64,000 bases of DNA. Source: Flectonema sp. DT1601. Taxonomy: Eukaryota. The DNA lies in NCBI GenBank assembly GCA_964019425.1, contig OZ025788.1:434001-498000 (forward strand), written 5' to 3'. The translations under genes were made by a program, and so were the position numbers. The stretch's first letter is position 1. Each line of letters opens with the position of its first letter. The notes under the pieces were generated by a model that worked only from the letters and a program-made list of their open reading frames with translations, searched no databases and was not told where the DNA came from. Below, one piece after another: positions 21,401 through 33,400 of this stretch.

Positions 21401-24400
21401 TGCCGACTTCAATGGTTATTTAGTAGACATGATATTCTCTTTTGATTTTGATTCGTCTGTTCAGCCGAGAGGTATCCACATGTTGGATTTTACATCTGCT
21501 TCTACTTATTACAAACTAACTGAACCCCGTGTGACAACTACTGGGGGGTGGAACACCAGCACCAGCTCTGTTATTCTTCCTGTGGGCCCAGCGGGAAGAG
21601 AAACTAAACTGACTTTTGGAATCCCAACACCTGATTTGTTCTATGAAGTTCCAGTAACAGATGTTCGATTTGATATTTGGGTGGAGTCAGGAAACAATAT
21701 TAGCATTGGTGTTGGAAGAAGAGCAGCGATACCAGAAATGGTTTCTCATGTTCTCGATATTGAATGTTCTTCGGGAGGGTACTGTGTAACTTACAAGAGA
21801 CAGTCAGAGAGCAGTCCTATTGGTTTTATTGTCTTTATGGCTGTGGGTGATACGTATATCTACAACAACCTAAATATATCATTTGACAGTACTTCGGTAA
21901 CCTTCCCGTCGGGTATTCAGCAGATCCCACCAGACTCGGTAACCCTTTCTCCTTATGGGACATTCCTGCAAGAATACGACTCATTTTCTGACGGTAAAAA
22001 TCGAATTACTACCTCTCCACAGTTTATTGCCACGCAATTTGACAAAGCAACATCGTTTATGGTGGTCTTAGTTACCAAGTCTTCCGTGTTTGACACGACG
22101 TGGAATCTCTATGATTCGGGTGTGAAAGTTGAATCATTTCAGTTTACGAACTCGTCTGAAAATTATTTTGATTGTGGTGACGTAATTACCGCTCAGAAGT
22201 GTTTTCTTATTGATACCACAACACCTTTCTACAAGATTGAAATTATTACGTTATCAGGAACCATCGAGTACGGGAACATGTGGCTCGCTTTTGACGGCAC
22301 TACAAGAGGAAACTACGAAACCGACACAAGCGTTAGTGGCTCTCCGCCTATTCAAACCGTGTTTGCTAACAATAACTTCGATACCATTAATGGTGCTTTT
22401 CCCCTTCGTCCATTCCCTAAAACAGCCGTGAAAGACCTGGTGGAAGATCTTGAAATTGACCTAGGACACCTGGGTCAAAACTACCCTGCAAGGTCTTTTC
22501 GCGTTGAATTATTGTTCACCGATGCTCCAACAGACCTTGAGGCTGTGTTCTCATATGAGCGTAAGGAGTACCCGATGACAATGAGTGTTACTGAATTACC
22601 AGAGTCGCCCGGAGGCTTTTTTGTGACGTTGGTTTCTTTGCCACAAGATAGAAGTGTCGTCCAAGCAAACTTTTTAATTGAGAAAATTAGAATTAAGTTT
22701 GTCAGTGAATCATTAGTACCAATTAGCGTGTATTTAAAACGGGCATGGACCACGTATGTCGATGTTCCTGCTCTTCCAATGCCTTATGATAGGTTATTTG
22801 AATTCTTTTCAAAAGATGAATTGGCTACTCTACCCGCAAATCGAAGGCTCATTGACTACTACCGAGATTATTATATTGATATTTTTGGTATTCATAAATT
22901 CGAATCTTCAAACACATTCTCGGAATTAGGAATCGAGCCCAATTTTGGAGCACAAAGTCTCCCACGGTCGATCACTGTTGCATTCCCTATTCCTATTCGT
23001 AATTTGCAGTTCATAATTGAGACGGAATATTCTTCCGAGATTGATATTTCGTATTGTTACTACGGACCTGATGGTTCTTCTAGAACACCGAAAACAAATA
23101 TTTTTCAGACATCACCGCAAACGTTTGGATATGTTGAGGGAGTCCGTGGGCGCATGATAAATATCAGGGACACCATTGCAAAGGTGAAGATTGACTTCGA
23201 AGCCTCTCGGGAAGTCACTCGATTCCCACTCACTAGTAGTTTGGCTTCACTGTTTAGATTTAAATATTTAATAGCCGACAAGGACATTACTCCAGTAGGT
23301 TTGATAGTACCCAATCTCACTTTATATAATAATGAGAAGTTCTTTGATGACCCTCATCACTATCTTTATAAAATAACCCAGAGTGGTGGTGTTGATGTTG
23401 GAACAAGCTTTCTTGGTGATCCCTCACTTCAGAATTCAGATGTTACATTCCATTTTACTTATATGCCGGTGTCTGCATTTGATATTAAATTGCAATCCGT
23501 AACGCCACAGTCGATCACGTGTCGAATGTATTTTGTAGGTCAGTTAGTTGCTAAAGACACAGTGGTTGTATCTCAGACTTGCGGTTCTTCGTTCTGTGGG
23601 TTTTTACATACAACACAACTGTTCGATTACATCGAAATTGATTTTGAAAGTGATATCGGTTCTATGGTTTTTAATTTACGATATTCATTCGACTTACCAT
23701 CATTAAATCCAACTGGCCTTTACGCTTACGACTTCTTGGATGGACAATCTCCTCAGTTCGCTACACATACAACACCTGATGGGTCAACTTGGGAAACATT
23801 AACCTTTGATGGTACTGAGGCACTCAAACTCATAGCGGATAGCGTTTTAGAAATTCAATTTACAATTGAAGTTAGGACTTTTGAGATTTTAATTTCCAGT
23901 TCTGTACAGCAATCAGTTCTGTTTGATTTTATATTATTTTCATCTGCTTTGGTGGAATCTGTAACACCAGGTATTCCGTGTGGTTCCTTCTTCTGCGATT
24001 CTTACATTTTGGATTTAACAAATCCTATTGTATTTAAAAAGATTGAAATTACTTGTCCAACTTCACCTATTTACATCCACTCCATGAAATATAGCTTTGA
24101 CGCAACACCAACGTTGACATTACCCTCGTATTATTATATGTCATTTAACATGCTGGATTCACCATACGATCCAAATACTCATCAGAATATTGGTATTTAC
24201 AACTTCGGCCCAAATATCGCTTCGTATTCATTTGATGATTCTAATTCTCTGTTCATTACTAAAGATGTTCCAACGTATATAAGAACCATGTTCTTCCCAG
24301 CGACCAACTTCCGTGCGGTGGTCACTTCGTTCGTGCCAACCTTCAGTTTCAGCGTCGAGCTTCACAATGACAACACCACGAGTACACGGGCTGATTACAC

Positions 24401-27400
24401 CGAAGCTGACGCGTTCCGGTGCAGGGGAAGCAGCGAAATTGCGAAACCTGACATCGGCACTTGTGTGGACCTGAACCTGACTGTGGGATCTCCGTGGGTG
24501 GACGACGGGGGAGAGAACTGCGAGTACTACATAGACACGGGCTCCTGCGACATCGCGGGTATCGACGAGCGGTTCCGAAACGAATTCATCGCGAAGGAGG
24601 CTTGCTGCGGCTGTGGTGGCGGAAGCAGTGCGAATGACGTGTATTGCGTGCTGGTTCACGTCGAAGACGCTGTCGGTTATGACCAATTCGTGTTTAAGCA
24701 CGACATGGACAGCAATCTGTATGTGGATGACGTTGCGTTCTCGTTCGACGGGACGGCTGTTTTGCCCAGCCAGTCGGCAACGTATACCATCAATTTCGAT
24801 GACGTTTCCGGTTCTTTCAAAAAAGATGCGTACCAGGGCGTCAACAACTTCGTGCACACGATAGTTCCAAGCGGGAATGTCAGCAAGTTGACAGACTACC
24901 GATCCCCAAGTACGAATTCGTGGTTGTTGGTAGGGGAAACCGGAAAGCTCGTATTTGGAATTTCAGTGGGAGAATCGTACATCCCGTTGGTGGTGCGGGA
25001 CATGCGCCTGACGGTGGCAACCTTGGGGGTGCAGAACAACATCAGCGTGGTGTCGATACTCGAATCGGTGAGGACGGAAAGACAACAAGCTGTGGACGTA
25101 CCGTGCAGGAATGGATCAACGTACTATTGCGCGACGTTCACGCTGGCGGACCTCGACGAGGTGGAGATTGTTGCCGTAACAGAGGAGAGCCTGTGGGTCG
25201 ACGACGTTGTCTACTCGTTCGCTGAGGACCTGTTGCCGCTGCCTGTTAGCAGGCAGACGACGGAATTCAAAGAGGCGTTTGACCACGAAAAGTTCTTCTC
25301 GAATTACGTGAACTCGATGGGTGACACGGCCGCGGAGGCAGTCGGAAAGACACCGTTTCCGCGGAATAGCGTCGCATGGAAAATTGCGGCTGGGTCGACG
25401 AAGGTGATCTCGTTCTCGTTCTTGGAGGTGACGAAGTTGAGGCTGACGATCTGGGGAAAGTCCGCAGGCGACGTGGAGATCACGATGATGCGGAAAGAGA
25501 CGTCGTCCGCGCAGACGGTGTCCTTAGTTGCGAGGGACGCGCGGGAGTACGAGTTCAGGCCCGAGGGTTTACCGGCGTACGGTGCCACCTTCGTCGTGGA
25601 GGAGGGAATCGACAAAATCGCGATCGAGAACCGAGTGTCGTCGTTCATCTTGGTTGACGAGTTGCACTACCGATTTGACGCGGAGGACGGAGCAAGCAGC
25701 GATCCGATTGTGCCGAGAGGGCTGCAGATGCCTCGGTTCACGGAGGCGCGGTTCACGCACGACGTGTTCTACGTCGCGAACATGATCAGCAGCATCGGGG
25801 TTGCTGCTCCGGAGGGGACGCTGGTGTTGTCGGAAGGAAACACGTCGGCTTGGAACTCGGAGGGTGACTTTGCGTGGCGCGTGGGCGGCGACGGAATGGT
25901 GGAAGACGCGGTGATTTCGTTCAACCTGGTTCCGGTGACGGGGCTGCGGGTGTTGCTCGCTTCGGAGTCGTCGGATGTACTGGCGACGGCGAATGTGACG
26001 GTTGGAGGGGGCGTCAACGGCAGCGAGGAGGTGCAGCCGTTTGCGACTGCTTACTGGCGGTGCGGCGGGATGGCGGTGAACCGTTTTTGCGTCGAGTACG
26101 TGATGCAGGAGATCAGCAAGGACGTGCTGATCGTGGCCGGGTTCGATGGTTGGATTGTGCACCTCGACTTCGCATACGATAATACGGAGATCGTGCCGAG
26201 CGGAGCGTTCGTGGAGAAGTTCGATAGCTACGAAGTTGGAGAGGACACGGTTCCGGCGAGCATCATGGAGAAGCACATCACGTACGCGGAGTGCTCGAGG
26301 GAAGTTTCGAAGGAATCCTACGACAAGTCGAAGTCGTTGTTGGTCGCGCCAGGGAGTGATGTGTGCATTACCTTCCTCCACCAGGGACTGACGCCGCTTG
26401 CGGCGACGGACATCAAGTTCGACATTTCGTCGGAGGAGACTTCGGGGACGAAGTACACGGTGATCATGTATCGGAACGATCAAGTTGTCGGGAATGAGGA
26501 GTATGGGGTGGGTGTTCCGTGTGAAGGAGATCAGCACTGCCACTCGTTCAGCAGTTCCTCAGTGATGGCCGACCGCATTGAGATTGCGGTGGCCTCGGGA
26601 TCGTTTTACATCGACAACCTGGAATACTCGTTTGACGAAACGAAGCTGATCCCCAAGGGGCTACAGACAGTGACCGTGGAGGACTCGGAGGAGGCGCGTC
26701 GAGACAAGGGAATGTACTCGCGCACCTTCGCGGAGATGATGACGGTCAACAACGTGTCCTTCCAGGAGGTCACAAGCGCTGTGGCCGTTTCGATGAGCAC
26801 GTTCTTCATGGCTGCGAAGCAGTTCCAGATGGTGGTGCTGACTGAAAGTGTCGATGCGTTCGACAGTGCGATCCAGTTCAGCAAGCAGGGCGAAGATACC
26901 GACGAGATCCGTTTCAACATGACGAACCCGGATGTCTTCGCGTGTGGCAAAGGCATGGCGGGGACAGAGGCACGTTGTCTGTTGATCGTGCTGCGCGATG
27001 TGGACTTGGTCACCATCACGGTGAGCGCGGGAACCGTCTTCTACGGGGACGTGTCGCTGGCGTTCGACGACACGGCCATCATGCACGACAAAGGAGGCGA
27101 CGGTTTCCACCAGACCTTCGTGTCTTTGGGAGCAGTGGACTCGACGACCTTCACGGAAGAGGGGTTGGTGAGCTACCCGCCGTCGCCGGTGCAGGAGATC
27201 CGGAATACCGATTCGTCGTGGAGGTACGGCTGGACGCACAATATCGCTGTGCAGGGTCCGATGGAGATCAAGTTCGGACACAGGAATGCGGTACTGCCGA
27301 TCAACTCGTTCAGGATGCTGTTGGCAGTGGACATTGCGTCGTACAGCGAGGCAACGGACATTTCGGTGACCTTCTCGTTCCATACTTCGACGTCGGCGTC

Positions 27401-30400
27401 CGATGTGACGTTTGGCCCTTGCTTCTTGAAGCACGAGGTGAGCAAGGTCTGTGCGACCGTTGTGTCGCAGTTTGCCGATGCGAACTACCTGGCAGACACG
27501 GTGACCATCGCCTACAATGGATTGATGACGGCGCCGACTATTCAGATCCTCGAGATGTGGTACAGTTTCACCAAGGGAGACGCCGTCCCTCTGCCGTACG
27601 ACATCGTACACAACCCGGACTTCGGCGGGTTCAGCGGCAGCGAGGAAGGGCTGAACAGAGACTACTACGTCACGCACGTCGGGGACGTTCCTCTGCAGAA
27701 AACCTCGCTGCACAGTACCGGTTCGGATGCCCTGCTGGGCACCTGCAACTCTTCTCAAACTGTTGTGTTTCGGTTCGCGCTGCAGGTGAAGCACTTCCGT
27801 GTGACCCTGGAAACGAAGGAAGATGACGTGCTTGCTGAGGTGACCACGAGGTCGGCAACGGGAAGCATGAATGACACTTCGGTGTCGGTTGATGTGCCGG
27901 TCAACGGGAGCTACGGGGTGTTGAATTCGTTCTACGGAGCGACATTCGTGGCTTCGGACGTCTACGAGGTGGAGATCTCGGCAACATCGACCAGCCTGTC
28001 GTGTGGGCTGTCGATCAGCGACATGCGGTTTAGCTTCACTGCCGGGTTGAAGGTGGTTCCGGAAGGAGTTGTGCTCCTACCGCTGGAGGGGTACTCCGAC
28101 AGGGCGTCGATCACCGAGCAGGAAGCAGAGTTCCGCAAGGATGCTTACATGGTGAACTTGGTCAGTCCGACGACGGTGCAGCTGCGGTCATGGGACCAGG
28201 TTCGGGCCCTTACGCTGTCTGCGGGGGGTGAGCTAACGATGTCGTTCACGTACGTGAAGGTAACCGGGTTCCAGTGCGTGCTGTCATCGGTGTCGAGCTG
28301 TACAGTCAACGTGGAGTTGTTCAGAGAGGGATCACCGGTGGGCAGCCCCTTGCCGTTTGAGCTTTCCACGCCTTGCGGCATCATCGGGGAAGAGTTCTGT
28401 GTGGTGGTGTTCCTCAGCTCGGAATTCGACTACATAAAGTTGGGATTGGACGCTGTCGGGGATTCGGTTGCCGTGTCGGAGATTCAGTACTCGTTTGATG
28501 GCAGTTTGATTGTCCCTGTCGGGGTGATTGAGGAGAACTTCTCCTCCTACGGTAACGATGAGGCGATACCGGAAGCCATCGAAGAGAAGCACATCTCAAC
28601 AATTTCGTCTGGGATGTACACGACCGCATCGTGGGATTCAGTTGCCGCGGTCGACGTCACCAGCGGCAGCTCGTTTGAGGTCGGCTTCGGAAAAAAGCAC
28701 GCGAGCAACATGCGTCTGACGATTTCCAGCACAGTGGCTGGGGCGGCGTACACGGTGAAAGGCCGCAGATTCGGTTTGTTGGATACCACCGATCACCGGA
28801 CTGGGGTTCCATGCGGCACTGGATACTACTGCGACACGGTGTTGTTGTGGAATATCGATCGCGTCTGGGTCAGTCCTAGTGGCTCAGACACCGTCACCCT
28901 GAACGGACTGAAGTACAGCTTCGACGGTACGCGGGTAACCTTGCCGCTTGCCCAGAGCATGAATTTCAACGGTGCTTCGGGCAGCGCATCTTACCAGAAT
29001 GTGGATGTCTACAGCTTCGGGCCGTCAACCTCGCCGTACTCGTTCGACAACTCGGAGGCGCTCTTCGTGGATAAGGACACTCCGGGAAGCATACACATGA
29101 TGTTCTTGCCCGCGACCAACTTCCGTGCGGTGGTCACTTCGTTCGTGCCAACCTTCAGTTTCAGCGTCGAGCTTCACAATGACAACACCATGAGTACACG
29201 GACTGATTACACCGAAGCTGACGCGTTCCGGTGCAGGGGAAGCAGCGAAATTGCGAAACCTGACATCGGCACTTGTGTGGACCTGAGCCTGACTGTGGGA
29301 TCTCCGTGGGTGGACGACGGGGGAGAGAACTGCGAGTACTACATAGACACGGGCTCCTGCGACATCGCGGGTATCGACGAGCAGTTCCGAACCGAATTCA
29401 TCGCGAAGGAGGCTTGCTGCGGCTGTGGTGGCGGAAGCAGTGCGAATGACGTGTATTGCGTGCTGGTTCACGTCGAAGACGCTGTCGGTTATGACCAATT
29501 CGTGTTTAAGCACGACATGGACAGCAATCTGTATGTGGATGACGTTGCGTTCTCGTTCGACGAGACACTGGTTAGACCAACGGTTACACCAACGGTTACA
29601 ACAACGGTTACACCAACGGTTACACCAACGGTTACACCAACGGTTACACCAACGGTTACAACAACGGTTACACCAACGGTTACACCAACGGTTACACCAA
29701 CAGTTACACCAACGGTTACACCAACGGTTACAACAACGGTTACAACAACGGTTACACCAACGGTTACACCAACGTTACCAACGGTTACACCAACTGTTAC
29801 ACCAACAGTTACAACAACGGTTACACCAACGGTTACACCAACGGTTACAACAACAGTTACACCAACAGTTACAACAACGGTTACACCAACGGTTACACCA
29901 ACAGTTACAACAACGGTTACACCAACTGTTACAACAACGGTTACACCAACGGTTACACCAACGGTTACACCAACGGTTACACCAACTGTTACACCAACAG
30001 TTACACCAACGGTTACACCAACGGTTACAACAACAGTTACACCAACAGTTACAACAACGGTTACACCAACGGTCACACCAACGGTTACGCCAACAGTTAC
30101 AACAACGGTTACACCAACGGTCACACCAACGGTTACACCAACGGTTACACCAACGGTTACACCAACTGTTACAACAACGGTTACACCAACGGTTACACCA
30201 ACGGTTACACCAACGGTTACAACAACGGTTACAACAACGGTTACACCAACAGTTACAACAACGGTTACACCAACAGTTACACCAACGGTTACACCAACGG
30301 TTACACCAACAGTTACACCAACGGTTACAACAACAGTTACACCAACAGTTACAACAACGGTTACACCAACGGTTACACCAACGGTTACAACAACGGTTAC

Positions 30401-33400
30401 ACCAACGGTTACAACAACGGTACCAACAGTTACACCAACGTTTACAACAACGGTTACACCAACGGTTACACCAACAGTTACACCAACGGTTACAACAACG
30501 GTTACACCAACAGTTACACCAACGGTTACACCAACAGTTACACCAACGGTTACACCAACGGTTACAACAACGGTTACACCAACGGTTACAACAACGGTAC
30601 CAACGGTTACACCAACGGTTACAACAACGGTTACACCAACGGTTACACCAACGGTTACACCAACGGTTACACCAACAGTTACACCAACGGTTACACCAAC
30701 GGTTACACCAACAGTTACACCAACGGTTACAACAACGGTTACACCAACAGTTACACCAACAGTTACACCAACAGTTACACCAACGGTTACAACAACGGTT
30801 ACACCAACAGTTACACCAACAGTTACACCAACAGTTACACCAACGGTTACACCAACGGTTACACCAACGGTTACACCAACAGTTACACCAACGGTTACAA
30901 CAACGGTTACACCAACGGTTACACCAACAGTTACACCAACGGTTACACCAACGGTTACACCAACAGTTACAACAACCGTTACACCAACGGTTACACCAAC
31001 AGTTACACCAACGGTTACACCAACAGTTACAACAACGGTTACACCAACAGTTACACCAACGGTTACACCAACGGTTACACCAACGGTTACACCAACAGTT
31101 ACACCAACGGTTACAACGGTTACAACAACAGTTCAAACACCTGGTGTTCAGCACCCTTGGGCAACTCCTTACGAAGCAATTCGATGCGCTTACGAAGATT
31201 GCTCATTCCTTGTGACGAAAGACTGTAAATACTGTGCTGAAGGAAAAACTAAAAATTGTACAGTCTGTACAGCAACATGTTTTGCGGCAGATTGTTTCGC
31301 GGGATGCAATGCTTCTGATCCTCACACGAATCTAATTCTAAATTCTAATGGAGTTTGTAGTAATATTGATAAACTGGGTAACGGGAACTGTGACAGTGAA
31401 CTGAACTTTGAGCGCACAGATCCTGAGCAGATACTTCTCTTAGGAAATCCAAACTTTGATATGGGTGACTGTCAAACTGCACCAGAAACCGCACAGCAAT
31501 GCATCAACGCTATGTGTGATAAAACCAATTCTTGTGAGACTTGTTGGAAGTCATCAAGTACAACAGATATTTCATGTAGAACTTGTTTCAATTCATGCAG
31601 GGATAATCCCTGTGTTTCATCTCACATTCTTAATGAGTGTAGTACTGAGAACGATTTGTGTGGATTAGGACAGACTTGCAATGACTCACCTCCAAGGAAT
31701 ACCAAGTCATCAATGAATGATTATACTTGTACTTGTACTTGTGAAGGATGCAACCACGAGTCTCAAGTTGGTAGACCTGTAGATAAATGTATACTAGACG
31801 AGTGTGATGCCTTACTATCGAGTGAACAGTGTGAGTTCCCTAAAGTATGCTCTGAGGATGATACTCAATACGGAAAGAAAGGAACTGATTGTAGTTGTGA
31901 ATCTCCATTCCAGTTATCAGATGATGATGAAACTTGTCTTATTAATGAATGTACACAAAAAAACTTTTCAGATACCTGCATTACTGGAAACTGTATTGAC
32001 AAGGAACACCAATTATTATATTCATCAACGTGTTTATGTTACGATGGTGGTTCACACCCAGCATGTGAATATGATGAGTGTGCGAGTGATGATGGGAAGT
32101 GTCCTCCAGAACAAATATGTTTTGATATGAGTAAGTATTCACTAAATGACTGGATGTGTTTATGTAAATCACCTCAAACAGGTCATGCTGTTGCTGAAGC
32201 AGCAAACTGTAAGGACTTTACAAGCATCCCGATATCATTCAAATCATCAGATATGACTACTATTTTATCAACTGAGTTTATTACAAGTCTGACCAAGGCG
32301 ATAACAGATATCGCAAAACGCAACGGTAAAGACTGTGAGATCACTCCAGAATGTATTTATTACGGAGAGGGTGAACCACTTGATAAGATGATTTGTATGG
32401 GAGATTGGGTATTACCAAAAGATCATAACTTACTATCGGCTAATCATATTCCTGTTGTAAGTACTGATGATGTAATTAGAATTACTTTCACAATTGATAA
32501 AGGAAGTCAGTTGGGTATGGATGTTGTAATCAGAAATGATCTTATTGGAGATAATAATGATCCTGCCGTTGGAACAATCTCTAAATTTGTTACTTCGGAA
32601 GTTCATAATACAAATACGAACTTTGTATTCCCAACAGTGACTGCTGTTGGAGCACACACACTGCAGGAACGTTGTGGACTGAATTATATACCTAGTAGTG
32701 ATGGTTGTAGTCCTTGTCCAGAAGGTTTCGTAACAGACATAAAAAACCTCGACGGTCTTATTGCTAAGTTCCAAACTGGTACTTGTATTCCACTATCACC
32801 AAACATTAATAATAACGAAGACTTATTGACTGATCGATTTATTAGTACCTGTCCAAAGGGCACACATTCTACAGGACGTGGTGAGTGTGTGAAGTCAATC
32901 TGCAGAGAGAACTTCCATGTAGTATCACATATGTGTAAATTATGTCCTGAAGGAACTTACCGTCTTGCAGGTGATAAGGCTGTAGGTCTAGATACACAAT
33001 GCAGTGTCATAAGATGTGGAGCAAGACAATGTGTTAGAGATCATAAGTGTGTATCTTGTCCAGCTACTCGGACTTCGAATCCGGGAACTCCAGCATCTGG
33101 TGGGAATACCGCAGGTATTGCTTGGTGCTCTGAAGTTAATTGCACAGGTGACAATTGGTGTACCAACTATGTTTGTGACTTGGACACTGGCATTTGTTTA
33201 TCAAAGCCTAAGGATGCAGGTTCAACTTGTCCTGGTGGGGTTTGCAATGGGCTTGTGTGTGTTCCTACTACTCCTTGTTCAGCCTGTTGGAATGTTGCGG
33301 TACCTGTTTGTCAAACCCCAGTTTGTAATGAGGGAATGGAATGTGACTTAGAACTACTTTCTGGTACTATCTGTGATGACTCTGACCCTTCAACATCTAA

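Noticed and set aside
24228..29513. Long overlapping and antisense ORFs (for example 25569-26543, 26661-27794, 26942-27826)
   Set aside because: Expected by-product of GC-rich codon usage in this block; no recognisable motifs
24300..29562. LTR retrotransposon interpretation of the 451-bp terminal direct repeats
   Set aside because: The repeats and the interior are in-frame coding sequence paralogous to the upstream host domains; there are no gag/pol motifs and no TG...CA ends
29425..31215. 596-aa QRLH ORF and antisense CNRW / VTVG ORFs
   Set aside because: Alternative frames of the stop-free 12-bp coding minisatellite
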